Positions 1 to 10,974 of a stretch of DNA of 64,000 bases are shown in pieces. A program made the translations under genes and the position numbers. The stretch lies in assembly GCF_006345805.1 (NCBI RefSeq), contig NC_042997.1, positions 161,076,001-161,140,000 on the forward strand, given 5' to 3'. The notes below the pieces were generated by a model. It made no database searches. It was given only the letters and a program-made list of their open reading frames with translations, and had not been told where the DNA came from. The first letter of the stretch is position 1; each line of letters begins with the position of its first letter. The stretch comes from Octopus sinensis (Eukaryota).

Positions 1-1524
1 ATAACCGTTAACATGGCGTCTCATAAGAAATAAGAAAAGATGTAACCTCTACTATAGGTGTAGCCTTTTCAGTGATTTGCTTATGAGTCTTCGCTATCTA
101 TCTCGTTAACTAAACGCACTTTAATCGCTACAGTTATTTTCATAATATGAATGTAATAATGTCTTCTACTATACTGCTGTTGTATTTTTTGTCAGTGGTC
201 ATCCGATCGCTCATATGACCTTCTCTAGCCGACCGGCATTTTAAACACTTCAATTATCTTGGAAATGCATAATGCCTCATACTAGAAATGTGCTTCAAAT
301 AAATACAGTAATGTCATAAACTTTCGAAATCAACTTGTAAAGAAATGTTTTCTAATTGACTGACTTAAAATCGTTTAAAATATGCTGAATCAAATCAAGG
401 AGATCTCTTCAATACACCAAGTAAAATGTGAATGTTCGTGCGCAGAACGCGTATAAAATTATTACAATAATCTTGCCAAATATAAACATTCGAAATGCAA
501 ACAATTTATCGGTACGTCTCGGTATGTACAGTATGTATTGGTGAGATTTCGGATTGCAGCTATACAAAATAACCAAGCAGGTGTAACCTTGCTAATGATG
601 GGAACTAAATCAATATTCTATCATCAATATTTCTTAATCAATATTAATTAATATTCCATACCTAAAATCTGTACCAAATAAAGACTGTATTGTTATAGGT
701 TTTCGTTATCGATCCACAATGATATTGCTTCTAATCAATTTATTTATGAACACGCAAAAAACCTAAAACCTCTGTTTATTTAACTCCAAATTGTGTTATT
801 GAGTTATTCGTGGGGGATTTTTTCTTATCATTTCAGATCAGCCAGTTATTCTTTATCTTATATTGAATCTTTATTTCAACAGGTCAGTCAGGTGAAGGAG
901 GTCAGAATCGACGACTATTTACAGGGTCAACGAGAATGACAGGAAAACATGAGACATGGCCCGAATGCCTGCAGTAGAGTGTTCTCCTCTAAAGGCAGCC
1001 AAACATTAGGTACTGATGCTGTTATACCTGATGTCAGAGTAAATCTTCCATTTAAGGGCTTTCCCTTCGAAGATCTTCTATTCAGTTTTCTTCAGTTAAC
1101 ATCCAGCTTCCGCCACTAACAAGGGCTCTGAACTGAGGCTATGGAAGAAAACACTCTTAAACTGAATCCAATCCAAGTACTTCCACACAAAGTTTAAAAC
1201 TAAACCACCATGCCTGCACGTATGTATGATTTACAGTTTCATTGGCTGATTTCCATTTCAGATATATATGAATAAAAAAAAGTGTTATTGTATTAGAAAT
1301 ACGTTAAGCATTCTTGAGGAATCTAACAGCGTAGTACACCGGCACTTCTTTCAAAGGCTCAACCCCTACGAATATACAGTTAACAAAAGTGCAGTGTGCC
1401 ACTGAATTTGAAATCAGAGAGTAAAAGGACATAACCAAATACTATAATTTATAGTAACTGTTCTACAACTTTTTCCACTCGATCGATAATAGTAAGATAA
1501 AAATGATAGTAAATAACATTGATA

Positions 1525-1860
1525 CATTATTTACATTTCATGGATATTTGTCCTCATCTTGTTTGTTGTTATTCAGGTCGCTGCCTAGAATCGAACTCGG
1601 AATCTTTGGGGTTAGTAGCCCGCGCTCTTAACCATTACGACATATGCCCACGGGTATAATAAGAAGAATAATAACATCGAAAAATACCTTAGGAATGAGA
1701 ACCCAGGTTCGAAATTTCCCCAAGAAACCTGATGAAGGCTGGAGGGTAAATCAGCCGAAACAACAAACAAGATGAAGACAAATATCCGTCAAATGCATAT
1801 AATGTAAATATTGTAAATAATGTACATAATCCTTCATCTCTTAAATATAGAACTGAAAAA
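1525..1860. mobile_element. tRNA-headed, hammerhead-bearing repeat with an inverted part (same family as 23.3-24.4 kb)
   Basis: Minus 1576-1650 reads like a tRNA-derived head (A-box-like TGTCGTAATGG, B-box GTTCGATTC). Plus 1656-1860 matches the 23.4 kb body (catcgaaaaataccttaggaatgagaaccc...ctgatgaaggctggaggg...cagccgaaac). About 1525-1570 is an inverted copy of about 1760-1810. Confidence 0.7.
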
Positions 1861-2329
1861 ATATTGATATAGGCTATAAATAATGGTTTGCTTCTTATTC
1901 TGATCGTAATACGATATAAGTAATATCAATGTAAAGCAAAACAAACAAAACTTTTTCTTAAATTGAAAACAGCGAAAAATAAAGACAGCAATTGTGATTT
2001 TATGTACATGTTTTCTTGACAGCTATAATCTTGTAGCACGCCGATACTTGAAAATATGAATATCTAGAATAGAATCTATTGCAAAGATATATAAACTGTA
2101 TTAACTATATAATTTCTCTATGCAAATTAGAGCTTGTTGGTATTCTAAAGCAAAACAGATTTTCAAATAATTATGTTTAATTATTTTCAATTTTTTTTCA
2201 CTATTTGTTAAACTTATTGATTTTGTTTTTCGATATTTGGAATGATGAAATAGTGCAACGTAAACTTTCTGAAGTTCAAATTGCACTGTTATTTCTAAAT
2301 AATATTTAATAACGGATGAGTAGTCATCT

Positions 2330-3229
2330 ACTGCATATGTGGGAAATTGTGTCTGTAGCTGTGTTTGTGGAGTTGTCAGCTAACTCCTCCTACATCGTTT
2401 TATCGATTTTGATGAAACTTGACACGTGAGTAGGACTCATATCTGGAAACCACATGACATACTCAGATTGTTGAAAATGTCGATAATAGGGCCCCTGGAA
2501 GGGATTTTTATATATATCTAATATATTTCATTTTAACATCCTAGGGAAATAACCTATTCGCCCAGATTTTAACAGCCAAGGGAAATAACCCAAACATTTT
2601 CCTAAATCATTTGGTATAAATCAAATTTAGTATGCTTATTTCTCAATATTTGAGCTGTTAGAGTTATTTTCACAATTTATCCAGTACAACCCTTAAACAG
2701 GTAAATAGCATTTTCTTAAACAATAGATCCACTTATTTCAGTTAGTGGCTTATTTACGAATATACCATCACTAGCGCTGCTGAGGGTAATATTTTCTGGG
2801 AACGCACAAAAGCCCTTATCTGAGTTATTTATTTTAAATTGTTATTATCTTATATCTGATTAGTCTTTTATTACGTAATATGTTTCACGATTTTAGTATA
2901 GATACCTTATTAGTATATCCTACTAAGTTCAATATAATCTGGGAACGCATTAAAGCCCTTTTCGGCGCTACTTTATTTGAATTCTTACTATCAGGTAATT
3001 AATTTCATGTTATTGCATAAATGACTTCACTAGTGGGTATTCATAACTTATTGGGAATTCCTAAAAGCAATATCTTGTGTAAGACAGTTTGGTATTCTCT
3101 GTAAATGCACAAAAGCCGTTTTAAGCGCTACATACTGTATTGTTGTTACTGGATTAGCGAAACAATTATGAGAACGGAACCAAGGAATAAGCCCCGCTTT
3201 CCCGGGAATTACCGGGTACATCAGCTAGT
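2330..3229 (+). mobile_element. Non-autonomous Helitron/Helentron-like (HINE/DINE-like) element
   Basis: 5' motif atcgattttgatgaaacttgacac; 3' GC hairpin cccgggaattaccggg (3201-3216) followed by CTAGT (3225-3229). The 5' boundary is approximate. Confidence 0.55.
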
Positions 3230-4004
3230 AGTAAAATAAAATGGGAAACATCACATTCAATAAGGTCTCAGCCGTTTTATAACCAGAGTTGAAGACTGTC
3301 ACGGTTCACATTGCCTTTAATTCTTCCGAGGATGATAAAAGAAAGTACAAATTAATAACTGGTTGGTGTAATCCCCTATCCCTTCCGCGTGAATTTATGA
3401 CCTAATGTTAATGTCAGAAAACAATAGTATATTTAATCGACGGAGTTAATTAGCAGATTTTGTAGAACTTCATACGAAATACCATGCAAATTTTATTTAA
3501 GCTCTCTTTTCTTATAAAGTTAAAATGTCGTTGACGTTGATGTTGTTTTTAATTCTTTTGTAACAATTTGGCGTGATTAAATCGACATTACCCTGGTCTA
3601 AAATTTGCGATCTTCTACAACCCTTACCAATCCACATTACATTTAATCAACCTTTCTCTCGTTTATACGGAAGCATTTTTCATCCTTAACGTTTCATACA
3701 TTTTTTATTATATGTTGAATTGATCTCGATAAAGAAATTTCGTAAACAAATGAAATTTCAGAAACTAGAATATAATCTAAATTGACAATTCGTTTTCGAT
3801 TTTCAGAATGAAGTTACAACAGTGTTATCCATTGACAGTCTATTTAGATGATTTTAAAATATTCAGAATTTGAAAGGATTATTTGGAATTTGAAATTTCG
3901 CTCAAATTTAATTAACAGGTCACACATTTCAAATATTTTATTTCAGTCTTGTCTTTTTTAATTAATTATTCTTATTTCATGTAATTATGCACATATTTAG
4001 TGCC

Positions 4005-4330
4005 TTAAAGTAGGTGAAGTATGGCAGAACGTTTAAGACTTTCTTGTCCAGACCGAAAGGTCGGGTGTTCAACACCTACTGTGTGGCATTTCAGGCAAGC
4101 ATAATTTTATAAATTCTCGGGTAAGCCCATAACTTCTAAGCGAAATTAGGTAGATGAAAACTGCATAGAAGCCGACCAGGTAGATTGTACTTGTAATTCA
4201 GAAGGTAAAGCCTTGTCATACATTGTGCCAAGCTCATTCTGCTTGAGAGTGCACGTTAATTCAGGAGTAGATAATTCACTTTATAGAACACTATTAAATC
4301 CTTAACCTTGAACAACAGAAACCATACTAC
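4005..4330 (+). mobile_element. Degenerate tRNA-derived SINE
   Basis: Diverged similarity to the window's SINE heads and bodies (tggcagaacgtttaag, gttcaacacctactg, gtagatgaaaactg, gcacgttaatt). Confidence 0.4.
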
Positions 4331-5190
4331 GAATATCTAAAATATGTTAAATTTATAAATATTGGTCAAATTATTTTTAAAATAACATTTCTTTATCGTA
4401 CTCGTTTTACTGCAAACCACTTTCCATTGATTATGTTGGATGTCATTCCTAAATTTGATTCATTTTATTGATCTAGTAACTGAAAACTTTTAATGCTTTG
4501 AATTTTAATTGTTTCTGTCTTACAATTCTAATTCAGATTTACTGAATTCTTCGGTTATAAGTTTATTTTACCGTTTATATGATTTTAATAAATTTAAGAT
4601 GTAACATTTAAGATTTTAAGATCTAATAAATTCAAGATGTAAGTTCATAAATATTTATATTAGAAGTCATAGCAAATGCTGAGATTTTATGAAAAGATTT
4701 TCTTTCCTCTTCCTTGTAAACTTCAATATAAAGAAAAAAATTTAGAGGCCGAACATTCTAAATATTTCATAAAAATAACTTACAGTGAAAATCGACATAG
4801 AAAACATTTTCTAACCATCAATGAATCCTCGATCCGATCTTGGCAAATACGAGAAAAATAGTCATGTATCCCTCAAATCATACCCCAATGTTTTAAAAAA
4901 GGATGCATGATGTGTGATGCCCGAGATACAGACTTGATGATCAATGTCGGAAAAATTTGCACTCGCGGTCTGCTTACTAAATGCTGAGGGGGGAAGTAAC
5001 AATAGGAACGCAACTTAAAGACATCGCTTTGATGATATATATAAATATATGTATGTATATATAGTCAGTTGATACACTGCTCCATGAGAGACAGCGCAGA
5101 TATGAAGTGGATGAAAAAATAAACTTGGAATTCCGAATGAAACTGTAAATATTCTGATGTAATCATATATATATATATATATATATATTT

Positions 5191-5514
5191 AAAGACTCCG
5201 CCGGTTACGACGACGAGGGTCCCAGCTGATACGATCAACGGAACAGCTTGCTCGTGAAATTAACGTGCAAATGGCTGAGCATTCCACAGACACGTGTACC
5301 CTTAACGTAGTTCTCGGGGATAATCAGCGTGACACAGGGAGTGACAAGGTTGACCCATTGAAATACAAGTACAACTCATTTTTGCCAGCTGAGTGGACTG
5401 AAACAACGTGAAATAAAGTGTCTTCCTCAAGGACACAACGCGTCGCCGGGAATCGAACTCACAACCTTACGATCATGAGCCGAATGCCCTAACCACTAAG
5501 CCACGCGCCCTCAC
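5191..5514 (-). mobile_element. tRNA-derived SINE (Nin/Deu-like core)
   Basis: Minus strand has A box TGGCTTAGTGG, B box GTTCGATTCC, then tgtgtccttgaggaagacactttatttcacgttg...cagctggcaaaaatgagt. Close copy at 52155-52478. Confidence 0.85.
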
Positions 5515-5552
5515 ATATATATATATATATAATATATATATATATATAAATA

Positions 5553-5713
<161 letters not shown>

Positions 5714-5781
5714 ATATACCGTGCCAGGATAACCACTGCTTAACAGTAACTCTTCATCACGTTCTTCATTGCAGGCAAATA

Positions 5782-6575
5782 ATGGATTTCAAGTAGAAGC
5801 AACGTACCATCATTGAATTTTTTAATGAAGTGGGGATGCAAGATGCCTGACACCCACAGAACGCTACTGATTGTTTACGAAGAAGACACCAACGACAAGA
5901 AGAATGAATAAGGATGAGTAAAGAAAGTGAAACCAGATCGAAAAAAAAATACTGATTTGGTGACCATCAACTGCAACCACTGTGTGGTGGAAGAGATTGC
6001 ACGAACAAACGAATTTCAATCCTGAACCTTGCTGCACAACTGGATAATATCATTGTATTAAAGTAACAGTAGAAGACTTAAGGTAATAGAAAGTGTGTCT
6101 ACAATGTGGGTATCTCTATAGTTTACGTTAAACTTGAAGACGTGAATGAGGGAAGTATACTCTGATGTGTTAGAATCTTTTGAAACCTATGATAGTGTTT
6201 TCTTTTTCGATTTGGTGCATGGGGTTGAAACCTAGGTGTATTTCATGATCCGGAAACGAAGGCGCAATCAATCGAATGGCCTCTCATCTCTTCTCCAAGT
6301 TCAACAATCAGTGGTTAGCGCAGAAGGATAACTTGGGGGATGATAAAGGCGCCACCCTCCTTGATTTTCTTGGTACGTGGACGCACCATAAACAGTAAGT
6401 GATACATTATGACACTCAAAATGCTTAGAGAAGCCATTAGGAGGAAGAAACATGATAATTCCCCATGGTAATCCACGACCGCACACATCTCTCGCAGCAA
6501 ATGAAATCAGTCGACAAACTGAGCTCGTCAGAGCTTCCCTGACCGTAGCACTCGGATCTCGCACCATCTAACTAA
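5782..6575 (+). pseudogene. Degraded mariner transposase
   Basis: Piecewise translation: MDFKxKQRTIIEFF (N-terminal HTH), FHDPETKAQSIEW, INSKxYIMTLKMLREAIRRK, and a terminal DRSTRISHH resembling the decayed PYSPDLAP region. Many stops and frameshifts. Confidence 0.75.
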
Positions 6576-7745
6576 TAATCCGCGAGAGTGTGTATGTGTG
6601 CATGTTTGTGCGTCTGTGCGTGTGTGTATGTGTGTGTGTGCGTGCGTGCGTGCGTGTGTGTGTGTGTGTGTGTAATCACTATTTGCATCGTGGGCAACAT
6701 AATCTTGGACAAATATCTGCATCTTTAATCGTAATATGTCTAGGCAGGTTCAGAAACAAAATATGGTAGTCGCTGTAGTGTACGCCATGGAAAAATAACT
6801 TATCTCTTTTACTATGACAGTGTGTTTAACGCACTCGGCTCATTGGCTCATAGGGGTCTGGGACACCGATGTTTCGACATGTTGTGCTACGTCACCCAAT
6901 AGTACTCGGGCTTTTGAGCCTAAATCAGGCCGTTAACTTCGTTAATACTTTCAGCGAAAAAATTGTTTGCTCATCGATGCTTACATCTGCCAACTGATGA
7001 AAATGCATTATTTGCACCGTGTCTGAACCCGCACAGATGTATTAAAATGCAAATATTCATTACATGTACATATATATATATATATATGTATATATGTATA
7101 TATATAATACCTTACTTGTACCACGTCCTCACGTGCTAACGTTCCTGCCAGCTGACGTAATGCCATTAATACATTACGTATTCTGACGTAATACCATTAA
7201 GCATTTTGTCGGGCGTGGTAACGATTCTGCCAGCTCGTTACATTGCACAGTAAAGAAATATGAAAAATGCAGAATAATGGACAAAAGATGCTGCAAATGT
7301 TTCAATTGCATGGTAATTTATTCGGAATTCGTGTATTACTCAATCCGAAAGAACAAAACGTCCGTTTGTCCAGTATCCTGAACCATAGGGCAGTCTGAAT
7401 TATCGATAGCAATAAAACTAAGTTTTTTTCCTTTTGATAGTTCATAATGCACGATGAACTGGCTGGTAACTTTGAACTGTGCAATGCAGCAATTGCAAAT
7501 AAATTACAGTGCCATTGAAACATTGGTAGCATGTATTGAACTGTCATTGTCCATTCAGCGCCATTTATGATGCACACATACACACACAAACACACACACA
7601 CATACACAAACACGCATATATGCACATACATACATATCTGTATCATACCCGTGCAAATTATTGACTTCTTGGTATCTCTTTTGAGCATTACGTAATACAT
7701 GCACACATAATACACATAATATATTAATATATATATATATATCTG

Positions 7746-7843
<98 letters not shown>

Positions 7844-8873
7844 GATATAAGATAATGGTGTCAATGAGACCCAAAAGTGTCAGGTAATTCTGAATAAGTG
7901 CTATAGACAGACCGTAGTTAAGTTCTAGATTCGGTATTATTGAGAATAAAGTGTTTAACGTAGGTTTTATGTCAGCGTGTGTATATATGAATTTTTTGCG
8001 TAATGAGATAAAAAAATCCAAGGCTGTATAGGTATTAGAGCATTTATAGATAGAAGGTCTTACAGCTGTTTCGAGAATATTAATTAATAAACACAAACCT
8101 TGAATCTGCTACATTCTATATAAATTCCCTACTGGGAATGACCAACTTTAAGAGAATCTTTCATTGCTTATAAACATTTGGATGGACTCATATTAAACTC
8201 TGTTGGACTTTTGGATTTTACTCAAAGGATATTGGAATATTACACATATATACCGTTATGTCTATAAAGCGGATTTATGAACTCAATAACCACATCAAGT
8301 GCTCAATACAGCACAATGTGAAAAAACAAATAGATAAATAAACTAGTAAATTCCAGACCAAGGATTTCTGGCTCTGCATAAAAATATGTGCATATACACG
8401 TGCGTATATGTGAGTATTGCTATGTTTGTGTGTATATATATGTAATTATGTACAATTCTTGGTATATTTCATTGACAAAGGTAAAGTAATTTTATAAAGA
8501 GCCAGCAACTCAGGATCTGGAATTGTCTAATTTTTACTAGTTTATTTATCTATTTTTCTTTTCACCTTGTGATGTATTGAACACTTGATGTGGTTTTCGT
8601 GTCAGATTTTGACTGATATTTCAAGCATGGTGGTATCGCTTAGGTACCCTTTCATTCTTTTTAGTTTCAGCTCAGAGCTGCGGCCATGCTGATGCACCGC
8701 CGTCATGCACCACCGTTATGCCACCACGCCATTATGCACCACCCTTATTTATATTTTTAATAATTATAACCTTTAAGGTCCTTTCTTTCCGTACTGCCAC
8801 TTGATTTGACCGTTGTTTAAAATAATGATCTTATCCTTATATATATATAATATATATATATATATTATATATA

Positions 8874-8951
<78 letters not shown>

Positions 8952-8956
8952 TATAT

Positions 8957-9635
8957 AATTGCAGCGTGGAAGGTGTTTATAAGCCATTTAAGAAACACAC
9001 AAAAGCCGTTCGATTCACTTCAACATTTAAGTTTAATTTATCAAGTTTAATTTTGTGATATAGAGATAAAAATCTGATAATAGATTTTAGGGTATAGTTT
9101 TGGGAGTAAGCGTCATAAATCACTTTCTAGCTTCGGCCGTAGGAAGTTGAAATTTGATAGCTTTGTGATGAGTAGTCACTCTACATCCATCCATCGCTAC
9201 AGGTTTATAGCTTTATGTTTTATAGAGTGTATGTGCGTGCATATACACACACATACATATATACATACATACATACATACATACATACATACATACATAC
9301 ATACATACATACATACATGCATACACAGGCGTATGTGCGTACATGCATACGTACATACATACACACATGTATGCATACATACACACATACATACGTACAT
9401 ATATATGACGAACTAACTGTTACTTTCTTAGATGCAGCACGGACTTTGTCAGTGAACAGGTCGCGGATTTTAGCGACGAAAATATTTTGATAAATTAAAC
9501 TTAAATGTTGAAGTGAATCGAACGGCTTTTGTGTGTTTCTTAAATGGCTTATAAACACCTTCCACGCTGCAATTGTTTTCGTTTCAGCACACGATCTCAG
9601 ATCAAATTACTTGCTATGCGAGTACATCTCCGTAA
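8957..9635 (+). mobile_element. Penelope-type pLTR fold-back element around (TACA)n
   Basis: 88-bp inverted arms at 8957-9044 and 9487-9574; contains a hammerhead-like motif at 9445-9494; second copy at 22190-22326; flanked by (TA)n. Confidence 0.7.
9445..9494 (+). ncRNA. Type I hammerhead-like motif, G3-C8 variant
   Basis: tttgtca GTGAACA g GTCGC ggatttta GCGAC GAAA AT AT T T tgataaa: 7-bp stem I, 5-bp stem II, palindromic stem III (AAATATTT), UUU triplet. Confidence 0.6.
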
Positions 9636-9644
9636 TATATATAT

Positions 9645-9694
<50 letters not shown>

Positions 9695-9699
9695 ATACT

Positions 9700-10085
9700 T
9701 TAATCAATTTAGGGTAGTAAAAAATTCGATAGAAATTTATCACTACCAGCGGCCCAGTGGAAAAGAAAAATAGTCATGAGACTAAAATATAAATATATAA
9801 CAATTTAGGAATGGCCTTAACAGGCCATTCATCCACTAGACAGAGCAGCCATAACTCCAACCCCAAAGTAATATAATTCGGAAATAGGTGAAAAATTAAA
9901 AACGTTTACCCTAATTCATCTTTTAGACGATGCATCGTTTCTGCGTTTTTAATGATAGACCAGCTTAATTAAATTAAATTAAGCTAATCTACCATAGGTC
10001 ACGCTTCGTCAGTAAAGAAACCTTTGGTAGAGGCAAATATACACGAGAATTAGTCAGAAGATAATCAATTAATCAATTTAGGGTA
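9700..10085 (-). mobile_element. Hammerhead-bearing retrozyme/pLTR-like unit, 369-nt permutation
   Basis: ttaatcaatttagggta repeated at 9700-9716 and 10069-10085; reverse-complement match to 10086-10582 but lacking 10224-10329. Confidence 0.85.
9922..10016 (-). ncRNA. Type I hammerhead ribozyme (canonical core, GUC)
   Basis: Minus strand: ttta CTGACGA a gcgt...acgc a GAAA CGA TGCA TCG TC taaa. Confidence 0.75.
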
Positions 10086-10574
10086 CCATTCCTAAATTGT
10101 TATATATTTACATTTTAGTCTCATGACTATTTTTCTTTTCCACTGGGTCGCTGGTAGTGATAAATTTCTATCGAATTTTTTACTACCCTAAATTGATTAA
10201 TTGATTATTTTCTGACTAATTCTGAGATTGAATCGGCAGTTTATATTTGCTGCTGATAAGATTGGCGCGATTGCGCTGGTCTTCGAAAATTTTAAGACAG
10301 ATATCCCAGAGGCTTCGATGCAGTAGCCTCGTGTATATTTGCCTCTACCAAAGGTTTCTTTACTGACGAAGCGTGACCTATGGTAGATTAGCTTAATTTA
10401 ATTTAATTAAGCTGGTCTATCATTAAAAACGCAGAAACGATGTATCGTCTAAAAGATGAATTAGGGTAAACGTTTTTAATTTTTCACCTATTTCCGAATT
10501 ATATTACTTTGCGGTTGGAGTTATGGCTGCTCTGTCTAGTGGACGAATGGCCTGTTAAGGCCATTCCTAAATTG

Positions 10575-10582
<8 letters not shown>
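10086..10582 (+). mobile_element. Hammerhead-bearing retrozyme/pLTR-like unit, 475-nt permutation
   Basis: ccattcctaaattgttatatat repeated at 10086-10107 and 10561-10582; same circular sequence as 9700-10085 in opposite orientation. Confidence 0.85.
10359..10453 (+). ncRNA. Type I hammerhead ribozyme (canonical core, GUC)
   Basis: ttta CTGACGA(10363-69) a gcgt ... acgc a GAAA(10434-37) CGA TGTA TCG TC taaa; predicted cleavage after C10449. Confidence 0.75.
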
Positions 10583-10624
<42 letters not shown>

Positions 10625-10642
10625 TATATATATATGTATACG

Positions 10643-10707
<65 letters not shown>

Positions 10708-10896
10708 CTCTCTCTCTCTCTATATATATATATTTAAAATAATGATCTTATTCCTTATATATATATATATATAGAGAGAGAGAGAAATTCGGGGTGAGTA
10801 CTTGATAATTATAAGCACCTGTGTATACCGTTTGGTGGTGTAGGTGGTGGAGTAAATTGATCAAAATAAAAATAAAAACATGATGCGAAGGATTCA

Positions 10897-10974
10897 GCGG
10901 TACATATGTTTCGGGCCTTTATTAGACAGATTTATAACAATGCATAATGTATGTCTGTGGCCTTCTTCAGCCGC
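10897..10974 (-). ncRNA. Type I hammerhead ribozyme (CUGAAGA, GUA)
   Basis: Mirror copy of 13624-13701. Confidence 0.75.

Noticed and set aside
10-33. AACATGGCG start-like context
   Set aside because: The ORF is only MASHKK*; no supporting exon structure is visible.
1576-1650. Functional tRNA gene
   Set aside because: The acceptor stem does not pair, the T-stem is mismatched, and truncated copies recur with (TAA)n: a SINE-type head.
7302-8096. 264-aa ORF as a gene
   Set aside because: It spans (TAGA)n, (TA)n and (CA)n tracts and shows no recognisable domain.
10224-10329. Deleted 106 nt as a spliced intron
   Set aside because: No GT..AG in the hammerhead sense; the antisense gives only a poor GC..AG donor. 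Microhomology explains it better.
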